Made by a program: the position numbers and the translations under genes
Notes under the pieces: generated by a model
What the model saw: the letters and a program-made list of their open reading frames with translations, nothing else
Database searches by the model: none
Told to the model about the DNA's origin: nothing
Shown: in pieces, positions 28,701-39,879 of the stretch
Numbering within the stretch: the stretch's first letter is position 1
Layout: every line of letters starts with the position of its first letter
DNA from: Kudoa neothunni
Taxonomy: Eukaryota; Animalia; Cnidaria
NCBI GenBank assembly: GCA_964304625.1
Contig: OZ199838.1
Span: forward strand, 8,331,594-8,395,593
Direction: 5' to 3'
DNA length: 64,000 nt

Positions 28701-30463
28701 ATAATGACCCGACAAATTCCGTAACAATTATTTATTATTTATTTAATAGAGAAAAAAATCAATAGATCAGTATATTGATATGCAACTAAAATTAAAAAAA
28801 TTAATTATTCAGCTGACTTAAACAAACCTTATATTAAAATTGAAAGGGAATTACTGTAGGTTGAAATTTCGATAAGATACACTTCACAACAGTATGCATC
28901 CATTCACCAATGTATTTCTAAGTAGAGAACAATATAAAACGTTGTAATAGAATAACTCAAAAATTGACTATTACATTTGAGTAGTACAATTGGAAGGTGG
29001 TGAGAAAGTGTATGGTGGCGTCAAAAGCCCCAAGGCAAATGGAATTTTCCAAAATTGCAATAAGATGATGTTTATCCATCGCGGCATTGGTTAAACTGGG
29101 TTGGAGAAGTTCGGTGCACGAAATTACCGAAAATAAAGCTAAAGATGCAAGTTCTTTCCGAATTATATTGTAGATATCGCGCTCCAGCACAAACTTTTGT
29201 AAAAATTGGTTCACTTGATATGCCAACTGCATGTCCACAACTTCACCTAGAAAATCCATTTTAGCCATCATAGCTCAAAAAACACATCTATGCCTTTTAT
29301 AAAATTGAATGAAGCTATCGACATCACCAACGATGAATACAATCCAGATGTAAAATGATCCATCGGATTTCTAATGCACATGTAATCATCACTGTGGCAA
29401 CTGTTAGCTGTGGATTTTTTTATTCGTTCTTTCCAAGCTTGATAGAGTTGAAGACCGAATTCGAATGATTCAAACGAAAATTTAGACTAAATCAATAACT
29501 TCAACATGTATAAAACGTAAATATGAATACAATGGGAGCTAGCAGATTCAATATACGAACAAATGATTTTTGTTCATTGTACATAAGCATTAAAACTTTG
29601 GATTTCCATAATTCGAGAGCTTTTGGGCACTGAAAAAAAGGTCCAATATCATTTGATAAAATATCTTGACTAATTTGTTTGGGTTTATTGTCAGCATTCA
29701 TTAGGCCATTAACGTAATGTTGAATGAGTGAAAAAATAGCATGATATTTTGCCTCATAATTGATCATATTTTCAAAAAAGCTTTTTTTCAATCCCTTCTC
29801 CTTGAGTATTTTAATGGGTGCGAAACGAAACAATTCAAAAAATGCTGACACTAATGTCAGTTTGTCGTTCAATCCAGGATCTGTGGACGAATTTTTTTTC
29901 GATGATATCGACCGCTGAAGACTTTCAATCATGTCATTATCAATATCAAAACTTAGAATAAGTTCACACGTCTGATAGTAGACAATAACGAATTCAAGGT
30001 ACGAACAGAGCACTATACTAAGCTGAGGATGGAATGGATATTCTTCTTGGCATTCCGTCGATAGTAACGTCAACTCAATCGCGAATTCTTCGCCCAAATT
30101 TAATAGCTTTGCGAAACTTCTAGCACATTGTTTCATATCGAAACCCAGTTGTTGATTCGATTCAATCAAACCCTCAGATGAAACACCACCTGAGCTAGTG
30201 TTGTAGAAAATTAAATTGTTAAGAAATTCACTAAACGTCGACGAAATAGTCTTGAGATTATATTCCAAATTGATTTTGGATATATATTGAGAAATAGGAG
30301 TGGGATCGCCATCAATAGCATATTGCCTTAGGAAAGAATCGATATCACTTAGAATAACATGTAGTATTCTAATCTGCAAACATTTTCCTTCATTACGAAG
30401 TTAAAAAAATTTAAAAATAATAAAAGTACCCTTAAGAATTTGTCCACTGGATACTTCCGCCAT
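13705..30463 (-). CDS. NUP205: Nup205/Nup192-like nucleoporin, multi-exon
   Basis: ATG at 30463 and a phase-consistent short intron into ORF 30379-29501, whose ARSFAKLLNLGEEFAIELTLLSTECQEEYP...VLCSY resembles the Nup205 N-terminal motif as recalled; ORF 29271-28957; donor at 28854 (phase 0); acceptor before 18730 (phase 0) into the 1429-aa helical ORF; ORF 14417-13965; short exons to a TAA at ~13705. Total roughly 2000+ aa. Confidence 0.7.
19920..21706. mobile_element. TIR DNA transposon relic (MULE-like termini) inside the Nup205 intron
   Basis: TIRs GGCAGTGTCTGTTTTGCCGGACGC / GCGTCCGGCGAAATAGACGCAGCC; 9 bp flanks ATTTTAAAT / ATTTAAAAT (8/9). No long ORF. Confidence 0.7.
23088..24925 (+). 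mobile_element. Degenerate piggyBac-family element (copy 2), internally deleted
   Basis: Inverted ends AGTGCTTTTGGGGGTCTATTAGACCCC / GGGGTCTAATAGACTCCAAAAGCACT; homology to 352-1337; RW...FYN.DI..NAF.LY and Cys-rich C-terminal remnants at 24020-24330. Confidence 0.75.
25740..27075 (-). pseudogene. MULE/Mutator transposase pseudogene with N-terminal FLYWCH-type zinc finger
   Basis: YWRCQYRTCKGR...HNH; W.SNGTLKAVPREFSQLY; PLIYLLM.NRT...Y; C.F.FGQCIWR; WN.FDR...TSNSAEAFN; split into three ORFs. Confidence 0.85.
27921..28670 (+). mobile_element. piggyBac-derived non-autonomous element
   Basis: Inverted TAGGTGACCTTGGGCTC / GAGCCCAAGGTCACCTA; right end GGG|TTAA; Cys-rich C-terminal remnant (RKRCSLCP...CHVCNNSICNEH) at ~28378-28470. 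Confidence 0.7.
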
Positions 30464-30561
30464 TATGATGCGCACGGTTTGTGATAGACGAATACTGTAC
30501 GAGTCACGGCGATTTGAGGTCAAAAACACCGGATCATTTTTTGCCACTAGAGAATATAAAA
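30464..30561. promoter_or_regulatory. Putative bidirectional promoter between Nup205-like and Nse1-like genes
   Basis: Only ~98 bp separate the two inferred divergent start codons. Confidence 0.5.
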
Positions 30562-31587
30562 ATGGAGTCAGATATCAAAGTTAAACTTTTACAATATGTT
30601 TCAATCAACTGCGTTTGTTATGAGGAAATGCTGTTGAGTTATTACCATAGTATAGCCGGAGGTTTATTCAAATATTTTACTGTTATTTTTTACGTCATTT
30701 TGTAGAGGAAAATAAATCAATTAATGCAAAAGAAATTATAAAGGAACTTAACGAAGTTGTTTTGGATTTGAATTTAACGATAAAACGATGCCGATCTGAA
30801 GTCGATGGATCGTGGTATTATGGAATTGTAAGATGATTTTTTTAACCGTGTTTGCTCATTATATGCTATTTTTATGTAGGTTAATGAATATCCAGCCGAG
30901 TCTACTATAACAAATTTACACTTATCACCACAGAGTTTACGAATATTTTTTTGTGTTGTATGTGGTTGTGATTGAATGGTTTGGTTGCGAATAAGTAATA
31001 TTAGTTGAAACTTATGGTTCAATCTGATGGATATCTAAAAAATTCATCTTTAAAGGAACACAACGCTCCAGAAATTAAAGATTGTTCCAATGAAAATTTC
31101 CAGGTATATTACATAGATTATTTATGTCATATGTTTTTGTGTGAACTTAATTTATATTTTAGTATTGTCTGAATGAGCTGGTTTTGTACAGCTATTTAAA
31201 GCCCGTAATTTGTTTATATAACAGGATTTATTTATGCTTTTATTGTTGATGGATAGTATGAAGATGGTTATACGTTGGGCGATAAAGCACTGCTAGATTT
31301 AAAATCCACATTAAATCAAATATTTCCAGAAAATATTTACATGTGTGAATTGTGTAAAGATATTGTCATATTGGTAATCTCCTTTTTTCAATTTATGGTA
31401 ATGCGCTCTTAGAACGTTAAATGTACACAGTGTGATAAGAGAATGCACAAACATTGTTGTGAGCGTATAAACAAAACGTATATAATATGTAAATATTTTC
31501 CGCGTTAACCTTTACTTATTTAGTGGTAATTCCTTTTGTTCCCTTTGTATCGGAAGTGAAATCAAGATTGAAGGCGTGAATAATTAA
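30562..31587 (+). CDS. NSMCE1: Nse1/NSMCE1-like SMC5/6 subunit with C-terminal RING-like domain, ~7 short exons
   Basis: Spliced reading gives MESDIKVKLLQY..., IKELNEVVLDLNLTIKRCRSEVDGSWYYGI, YTLGDKALLDL and CELCKDIVIL-NVKCTQCDKRMHKHC...CSLC, matching the Nse1 winged-helix plus RING layout; 30-60 nt GT-AG introns. Confidence 0.8.
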
Positions 31588-31878
31588 ATTTCTCGTCTAA
31601 ATTAATTCTTTAAAATACTCTCATGTGTAAATATCACAGGATGACTTTTTCTTTTAAGACGATTTAGTGTTTTTTCATTTGTTAAGTGTTTTTTTATGGT
31701 GATACGTTTGAGAACTATTTTAAGGTTAAGAATTGTTAATACTTATTTGAGAAGCTTCTTCGGCAAAAAATAACTTCTAGCGCGACAAATTTTGTAGTGT
31801 AATACTATCTATGAATGAATTGGTTTGATAAATTTTTAAAAAATAGTTCATCTTTTTAGTGAGTACTTTTCTCTAGTA

Positions 31879-33296
31879 CAGTGATTCTCAACTGTGGGAG
31901 ATAAAGTGACATCAGAATTGGATAGGGGGAATTTTTGCATTATATGGTTTGGGACGTACTTAAGGATATCTAAGAAATCATATTATTCAATGCTGTTAAA
32001 CTCAATAAGAATTTGGCAGAAATGGTTCAAATGTTTTTAGTAATATGTATTAAAAATTATTTATGGAGTTACTATATGCCTTTTACGTTTATAGAGCTAT
32101 TATCGGTCTCTTTCTTTGACGCCTCTTTTAGCGATGTAATCTAATAATAATACTTCAAATTGCTATCTGCGTGATAAACAATATTTAAGCGTCATTAGTC
32201 TTGACTATTTTTAATTATTTCTGACCCCTAGGAGGGAAGGAAGGTCAGAAATAATTTAATGTAGAAGAACCTATTAAAATTAAATCTGCAGACAGCTTGT
32301 GGGTAGGGCGTCCAAACCTTGGGTTTTTTGGTTATTTACAAAACTTGTAGATTATTGAATTCTTCGAGATCAATTTATAAATAATAACTTTTAGAATTAG
32401 ATATAATAATTATATTTATTGTTTTATTAATGGTGGGAATTAAAATTATTCGAAATTTTGAAATACCACGATCGTCGGCAACGCGCTGTCTACCGACCCT
32501 TGGATAATTGTTATTTAATCAATTATTCTTATGATTCTATGATTGTATCTTGGTATTTCAACACTGTCATAAAATGTTCTAGTTTTTTTTAATAACATAT
32601 TTTGGAGTTATTAACATACATTATTTTAAAGTATGCGTGAAATTTCAAACGGAGATCAAAAAAAGCGTTGGATAATATTTGCTCCGATCAAGATTCTAAG
32701 TACAGAACTTCCAGCTACCGCGAATATTGAACGAATTTTTGTATTAATGAACACAGTAAAAACTAAATAAACCAACTCATTAAAGGCTGAAACTGTAAAA
32801 TGTAAACTTCTCGCAAAGCAGTTGATCAGAAGAAATAATAATACGTGTTTGGCGCCACATCCAAAGAATAAACTAATACATGATGTGAGCCAACGATACC
32901 CTGAGCGCTTAAAAAATAGATCAAGCTTCTTAACTGAGGGTTGTGAAGATGATTAAGACGATTCAATTGACGACAGTAATTAGAAAACGCGTTTAAAATA
33001 AAAATTCTTGTTATTTTAATAATACTATTATGTTTTCTTTGCGACCTTGGGTTTTTTCTGATAGTCTCATTGGACGCCCTGTTTGTGAGTTAGAGTTGAT
33101 AGGATTAAAAACTGTCATTACACAAGCGTAAGTGCCTTTTTAGGATTAGAATTTATCATGTAAATATTTTCTGCCTTAGCAAAACCAGTATTAAACCTTA
33201 AAGTAGATATGAATTTGGCTTCCAAATTAAAGGGGTAACTTTATATTGTTCACCAGGTTGAGGGGGTAAATTTGACAAAATGGTTAACAACCCCTG
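31879..33296 (+). mobile_element. hAT (Charlie-like) non-autonomous element
   Basis: TIRs CAGTGATTCTCAAC / GTTAACAACCCCTG; 8 bp flanks CTCTAGTA / CTCTAGAT. Confidence 0.7.
32304..33081 (+). mobile_element. Nested hAT deletion derivative
   Basis: TIRs TAGGGCGTCCAA / TTGGACGCCCTG; flanks CTTGTGGG / TTTGTGAG; hATC remnant ANIERIFVLMNTVKTK at ~32718-32770. Confidence 0.75.
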
Positions 33297-34599
33297 CTCT
33301 AGATAATTTAAAAATGTTTGGTTAAAATATATTACTCACTTGTTTGTGGATAGTAGGTAGAATACAATGCATTCTTAACTGTAAGAAATATATTAAGATT
33401 ATGTCTTAATACGTTCTGGTGCCATATGACCCCAAACACTCGAAGAATAAATGAGGAATGATATTTTATTCATTATTAGCAAACATTATGTATAAAATAT
33501 ATATTTATTCAAAATAATATGATTGTTGTGGTTAATAATTTTTTATCACATGATAACTAAATAAAATAATGACCAAATGTCTAAAAAATTGTTGTAGGAT
33601 TTATAATTCATTGAAATGTCAGAATAACGGGATAAGCTCTGATCATTTCATTTCATTAAGAAATGTTTTTTTAATTAAACGACAATTAAATCCTAATATA
33701 TCCATTAGGGAATGTATTAGTCCAGAAATTTCCAAACTATAGTTATTTTAGATACAAATATTTTTTAAATTAGAAAAAAATACAATGTAGCTCTAATTGG
33801 ATAAATTATTCAAAAGATAAATTTATCTGGAAAAATTCTTTATTCGCGTAAATTAAAGAAGCATGATATTAATATAAGTAATTATTTATTGAAATCCACT
33901 TTCAAAAATTTGTGTAAGAGTTTAACTCGCTAAATCAATATATTCAGGCACGAAAATAAACACAATTACTCTATGGTTCCGCAATGGCGCGAGAGATGTT
34001 ATAATCAAAAAATATACATAGGGTCCCAGAGTAGGTAATGATAATACATTATCGCAGTATTAAATTTACCTTTGTGTATGATCGTATTGATTGTTTAGCA
34101 TAAATAGACAATAGATTATGAGTTTATTATAAATGGTAATTGTTGTATCCTCGCAAAAAGCCAAAGAAACACTAATTGAGTTGAAATGAGCACGAGAGAG
34201 ACAATTGGTAAATACTAACAAATATTTAAATAGGGTGAGGGGGTCTAAATTCCGATGTTGTCCAGGTCTTCATTTCGACATTTTGCATCGCCGCTTTTGA
34301 TGTTATAACGGTTTCTAATATTACCAATACTGAGAGGTGTATTGGCCCCAAGTTTTTTTACCAAGTCGTAGGTACAACGCTATTGGTGTTATTCATGGGG
34401 AAACCGAGACTAAATACTATTTGAACAGAGGAGGAAATCGTTTTCAATTCTCACCTCTACGGTCGCCCTGGGGATTCCGTTTTCGCGCCAAGTCGCGGAA
34501 GGTCAGAGACCCAACAGTAATCAATGGAAATCGAAAAGAATACTATGCCAAGAAGAAACGATCCAATAATAAAAATCTATTAAAGCAAAAGATCGCTTA

Positions 34600-34634
34600 G
34601 ATTCTTCCGGGGATCGAACCCAGGGCCGCAAGTG
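34600..34634 (-). pseudogene. Orphan 3' half (nt 38-72) of a tRNA-Val gene
   Basis: Minus strand CACTTGCGGCCCTGGGTTCGATCCCCGGAAGAATC, 30/35 identical to nt 38-72 of the tRNA at 39163-39235; intact B box; followed by a TTTT run. Confidence 0.85.
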
Positions 34635-37600
34635 AAAAAATAATCGATAATAAACTAGTTTTTATATCTAACTAAAGTTATTTTTGATGAATAATACGGA
34701 TGACGCGTCGATTGATTGATGGTGCGGTGTTCATGGATAAACCACTTGCATTGAAGGAGTCATATGCCTTTTCCAGGAAGCATATGATGCCTCCAATGCC
34801 GTGGTTGTGATGGAATATTTCAGTTGCTTCATTGGTTTGATCCCTTTGACGCCCAGTTGTCGGAGGATGGGATCGTTGTCGGGGTGATGCGTTCCTAGGG
34901 AGCCAAAAACCAATGCACAGAGTTCAACCTGGTAACCCAAATTTTCTAAGAGCGATTCCTCTCGCAAATATTTTCTAGCTTTGCAATCTCGTACCCTGTT
35001 CATTGCTCCATGCCCTAACTCAAAGCAGACGGTCGTTTCTACCATGAGCATCTTTCTTTCCGCCTCGTTGATAGCAAGTATGTTGGGACGACGGTTTGAA
35101 GCTATCTGTGGGATTTGATGGTTGTAACGAAACTCCCAATTTTTATTCTTCCGAATCTTTTCAACGACGAGCTTCAGGATTTTGTCATGACGTGAAGTTT
35201 GTAGCAATGGGGAATGATTTCAACCGTTGAGCAGGTGACGCAACTTTTCGATCTCGCAGTTGCAATGACGGCAACATTGGTCAGCGGCACGTTTAGATTT
35301 AAAAAGAATTGCTTTGGTTGGAAGAAAGTTAATGCGGTCAAGAATACCGAAGCTGTATGTGTCTAAATCAATATTTCCGGTTCGTATCCAGGAATTCGCA
35401 TGTTTATCATCCACAAAGCATCGGAGGGAGCAACCTTGATCAAACTTTTGGAACCAAGAGAGTAATCTTGATATTTGAATGTTCCATCTAAGTCGTTGGA
35501 TTCTGATGACACGGTTGCTTTGCATATCGTCGAAAAGGCTGGTGGAGAAAATATCGGTTGGTTCCATCAAGCTTGAGGGGTCCAAATCAATACTTTCCGG
35601 GTCATCTTCATCTTTTTGGAGAAGTTGGATTTTGAGGGCTTTCCCGTTGGTTCTGATAGAGGAGATTAAGCTCTTGATGTCCCTTGTAGGTCCCTGTTCT
35701 TTGTCCAGGTTCAAATAGCTTACCGGGTCGAGTGGTTGGAGTTGTGTTCTCTTGACGGTGACTTGCATAAGGTTTTCTCTTGAAATCTTCTTGATTCTTT
35801 CATCTTTCGGGTGGAGGATATTTAGACCAGATAAAAGTCTTAAAGGGTGGTAATCCTCACGAAGTGATCGAATTCCGAGCTCGCCTTGGGATGCTGACAC
35901 GGAACATTCCTTAGTTGGAGAATCTTGGCATTCGCAACCACGAGCGTATGTGTTTAACACTTGAGCGTCAATCTTCTTCAAATCCTCCATCCGTAAAAAG
36001 TCGGATTTCATGGCGTAATAGAGGGTGGGAAATAGATACATTCTAAGCAGCTCCAATTTCATGAAGCTAAAGAGAGGTGATTGGGAAATGTTGTCGAGAT
36101 TTGAGAGGAAATCGTCGAAGCATTTTGGGAGATTCTTAAAAGACCCCAGGTTGGATGTGATGCTGAGGTATTTGTAAAAATCTTTCAACACAGGGATTTC
36201 GATTTTCGACATTTCGAACTTGGGAATGTATCGATCATTGATAATCTTCGCATTGTTCTTGTAGATGAGGGTTAGGGGCGCACATTTGGAGTGGTTAATG
36301 GAAAGGTGATTTTGTTGGTAAATTCTTCAAATTTTAACATAATATCGTCCATGTGATATTTAGAACTTGACATGAAAACAATATCATCTGCATAAGCAAG
36401 AGCAGAGATACTGGAATTGTTGAAAGAATAGCCAAGGTTGGAGTGATCGAGCTCAACAAGGAAGGGATTGATGACGGAGTTGAAGAGTAACGGCGAGAGC
36501 GGGAAGCCCTGACGTACACCACATCCATTCGAACATAGTGTAGCGGAGTTATCAGCTCGGTCAGTCACATTATTGTAGCTGTTGGCACACAGATTCTTCA
36601 GGAGAATGGGTATATTGGAAGAAACGTTATAGTTAGCGAGTTGTAGGTAGATAAGGTTGTGCGGGACCGAATCAAAAGCTTTTGTGATATCGATCCATAT
36701 CACGTAAAGGGATTTTCTTCGTCGTCTTGTGTCGTCTATTTCTTCCTGAAGGATGAATGATTGCTCCATGCAACCATCACCTTGAGTGAAGCCTTTTTGG
36801 GACAGAGAAAGTTTTATTAAACCTGCCAATTTTCTGCACATTATGGACATAAATATCCTATAGACCGTTTGGGTAACTGATATTGGACGCTACTGTTTTG
36901 GATCTTTGGTGTTTGGATTTTCTGACTTGGAATCATGACGAGTCTTGATTCTAACCATTCAGAAGGGATAGATTCATGTTGCTGAATCGAGTTGAAGAGA
37001 GGGATCAAAATAAATTCTAGATTCGGTACACGTTTCCAGAATGTCATTTGAATCCCATCAGTACCTGGTGAAGTATCTTTGTTGGCTCTATCAAGAGCTA
37101 GTCGGACGTCTTCAGGAGGAAAGTAGAAATCGGAATAGCCATCCGCAGGACGGTACGTGACATCATTAAGTTGGCTTGGTTGAGTAGAGACGGTTTCAAT
37201 TGTGATGGTTGTAGTTGGTTCTTCAATATCAGTTGGAAATTGTTGTGGTTGAGTGGTTATCACTGGAGGCGACGCCGGGGAAGGGAAAGGGCAAGGGCTG
37301 AGACGATTTCATCTGGAGTAGCTTCGCATCATTTCGTAATGTGTTCCGTTACTTAGAAGCATCGTTTCATATTTTTCCTGTATAGGATACGGAGGCGGCG
37401 AGTTTTGTTCTTCTCTTCCTCTTGTGGTAAAGGCGGTAAAGGGCGTGGATTAGGAATTGGTGGTGGAGCAATTTCGGTTTGTTGATTAACTCGGGGCTGA
37501 AACAACATACCGAGGGATTTGGCCTTCTCTTTAACACATTTGACGAGTTCACCATATAGTTGTTGGGTTGGAACATTGTTAAGTCTGACAGTTAATTTGT

Positions 37601-39162
37601 CAATTGAGTTGACGTTGTTTTGTATTTTTCAGCGGTTGCTTTCTTAAGTTGACGCCGTTTTTCAGAATAGGTTGGTTGATTTGTTTGGGTTGGATCGATC
37701 TGGGGATGGAAAATTATATCGTCGTTATCATTATCAATATTAGTATTGGTAGGTTGAAGGACATGCTCAGAAGATGGGTTTGGGGTGGCGATTGAGCAGG
37801 GAGATCGATAGTTTGGATTGTTTGAAGATTTACAGTTGAAGCAGGTTCAATAAACTCTTCTTCTTCTGTCTCGAATTCTTCATTTGAACTTGGATTGATG
37901 GGATTATTGCTTTGTTCATGTCTAACATTAGAAATGAACAAAGTAATGTCTTGGGATCTTGCTAGGCAATCAGTGGAGGTTATTCGGGGAAAGGTAATAT
38001 GAGAATTATCATCAACAGGAGTTATTGTTTGGGTTGGTTGTTGACTTTCGGGACTTGAGGTTAACAGAGGGGATTTGAAAGACTGGGAAGAATCGCCGTC
38101 ATTAGGAATTGATGCAGATGGCCATTTTTGCCGTGGATAGTTGAGGGAGTTGGCTAGAGGAGACGTTTCTTCATGTTCTTCGGATTGAGAGACATGAGAT
38201 TTCAATGAATCGACAAATTCTCCTTCATCATCATCATCATCATCAAGAGAAGAAGAAGAATTATCAGAAGCGTTTGGGTCAAAACTGACTTTCTTACTAG
38301 CCAGGTTGAAGAATGATTTGTTGATTGTGATATTTGTTGACGGTGGTTGTTCAGGAGAGGATAAAATTGTGGACATACATGGAGATACCTGGACAATACC
38401 TGATGTAGGGGTGGGTGTGTTGTTAGATTCATTATCATCAGCTATATTTGGTTGGATTGTTGGAGGGTTTGAAGTAGCTGGATCGTCATGATTTTCGAGA
38501 TTTTGGAGAGTTGATTTTTCATTTATAAAAGCAATCTTCGTAAACTTGATAACGATTGCACCTTCATTGGTTTGGGCCATTTCATAAATCTCTGGGAAAG
38601 ACTCCTGCAGAGTACCGTTGTTATAAGATTCTCTTAACAGAGTTTCTATATCATCAGCTAGACGGCACACCTTTTCTTCGAGACTTAAAACCGTCGTTTT
38701 TCAGTTCCTTGCATTGTGGGTACCAGCTTAAGGAGCTCAGTCAATGGTAGTCTCTTGGCTTGGAGAAATGTTGCGGATTCATCAGCTTTCACATCAGATT
38801 CAATATTCACATTTGTAAATTCTTGAGAAGTATCAACAACGGTTGCATCAACCATTTTAGAAGGGAAATCTTTGAGTACAACACGTTGAACAGTGGCGGC
38901 ATGGAGAGCATTCATTCCCTCAAAATGTAGTAACAGTTCGCCATACGAATTTCGCAAGGTTCGATAAAATAAGGAAATTTTAAGTTCTATCGGAAGCAAC
39001 TTGCGTCTCTTTTCTTTTTTATTGAGATATGAGAAAAAAAGACCACATGTCGCGCACGTAATCTCGTATCTCCGCAAATACTAGTCCATTTTTGCTGATT
39101 CAAACGTCATTTGAATCATCCAAAAAAATTACGTTTTCTTAAAATGCAAAAGAAAATCTGTG
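34635..39162 (-). mobile_element. Non-LTR retrotransposon, RLE type (NeSL/R2-like), near full length, frameshifted
   Basis: N-terminal CxxC; RT with SPGTDG, SQKGF..GDGC.E, WIDITKAFDSVPH, GVRQG.PLSPLLFN, LAYADD and YKYL; CCHC-like CRHC...E...HLLN; RHDKI, RRPN, VETTV.FE, K.RKY and GSLG of the restriction-like endonuclease; broken into at least 7 ORFs. Confidence 0.92.
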
Positions 39163-39235
39163 TGATTCCTCCGGGGTTCGAACCCGGGACCTCAAGTGTG
39201 TGAGACTTGCGTGATAACCACTACACTAAGAAATC
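39163..39235 (-). tRNA. tRNA-Val(CAC)
   Basis: GATTTCT TA GTGTAGTGGTTATCAC G CAAGT CTCACAC ACTTG AGGTC CCGGG TTCGAAC CCCGG AGGAATC A: full cloverleaf, A and B boxes, A73, downstream TTTT. Confidence 0.95.
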
Positions 39236-39384
39236 CACATGTGTCATGTGTTCGTACATTGGGTTTTATTCATTGAGTAACCATAAATAAGATAGCGAAC
39301 TTTGTATTGATACCTTAACATACTTGAGGAAAATTTTTATTGAATCTTGAGTACGGAGATAACGAATTATTTTGAGCTAATTAA

Positions 39385-39879
39385 CCCTCGAGGGATTATG
39401 AGGTGAAATTCACCCCATAAAAGGTTTAATCGTATCATATATTCTTCCATGGTCTTTTAATGTGCATGAAATTATCGCTATACCTATAAATTTATTTTAA
39501 GTGAAAATTATGAGTGTCTGGTTTTTAAAAAAAAATACACGAAATCATTAAAAATTAAAAAACTCCCTCCAAAGATTTTGGGGTGAAATCCACCCCAGCA
39601 TAATTTTTACTTAATTATTCATCCAAAAAATGTGTTTATTGTTAAAAATTAATTATATTAAAATAATAAATTAAGTTAGAATTTAAAATAAAATACATAG
39701 CAGTTACATTTTTTACCTTTGTGCGTTAACGAAGAATTGATGAATTATGACTTATGTCTTTTAAGGTTTTATGAGGATTAGTAAGTTGAGTAATGACACT
39801 TTCTCTCTGTATATAATGTGTCAAACCATATAATGTTTTAGAATGAATTCATTACAATTTTTTGTTTAAATAAATTTAA
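39385..39879 (+). mobile_element. piggyBac-family left-end fragment
   Basis: TTAA|CCCTCGAGGG... with a repeated GGTGAAAT.CACCCC subterminal palindrome (~39400 and ~39580). Confidence 0.55.

Noticed and set aside
34337-34600. 87-aa plus-strand ORF beside the tRNA half
   Set aside because: Non-ATG start, no motif, probably a chance ORF in locally higher GC.
34635-39198. Retroelement as a giant spliceable tRNA intron at 37/38
   Set aside because: The upstream tRNA is already complete and followed by TTTT terminators, and a 4.5 kb T-rich Pol III precursor is implausible.
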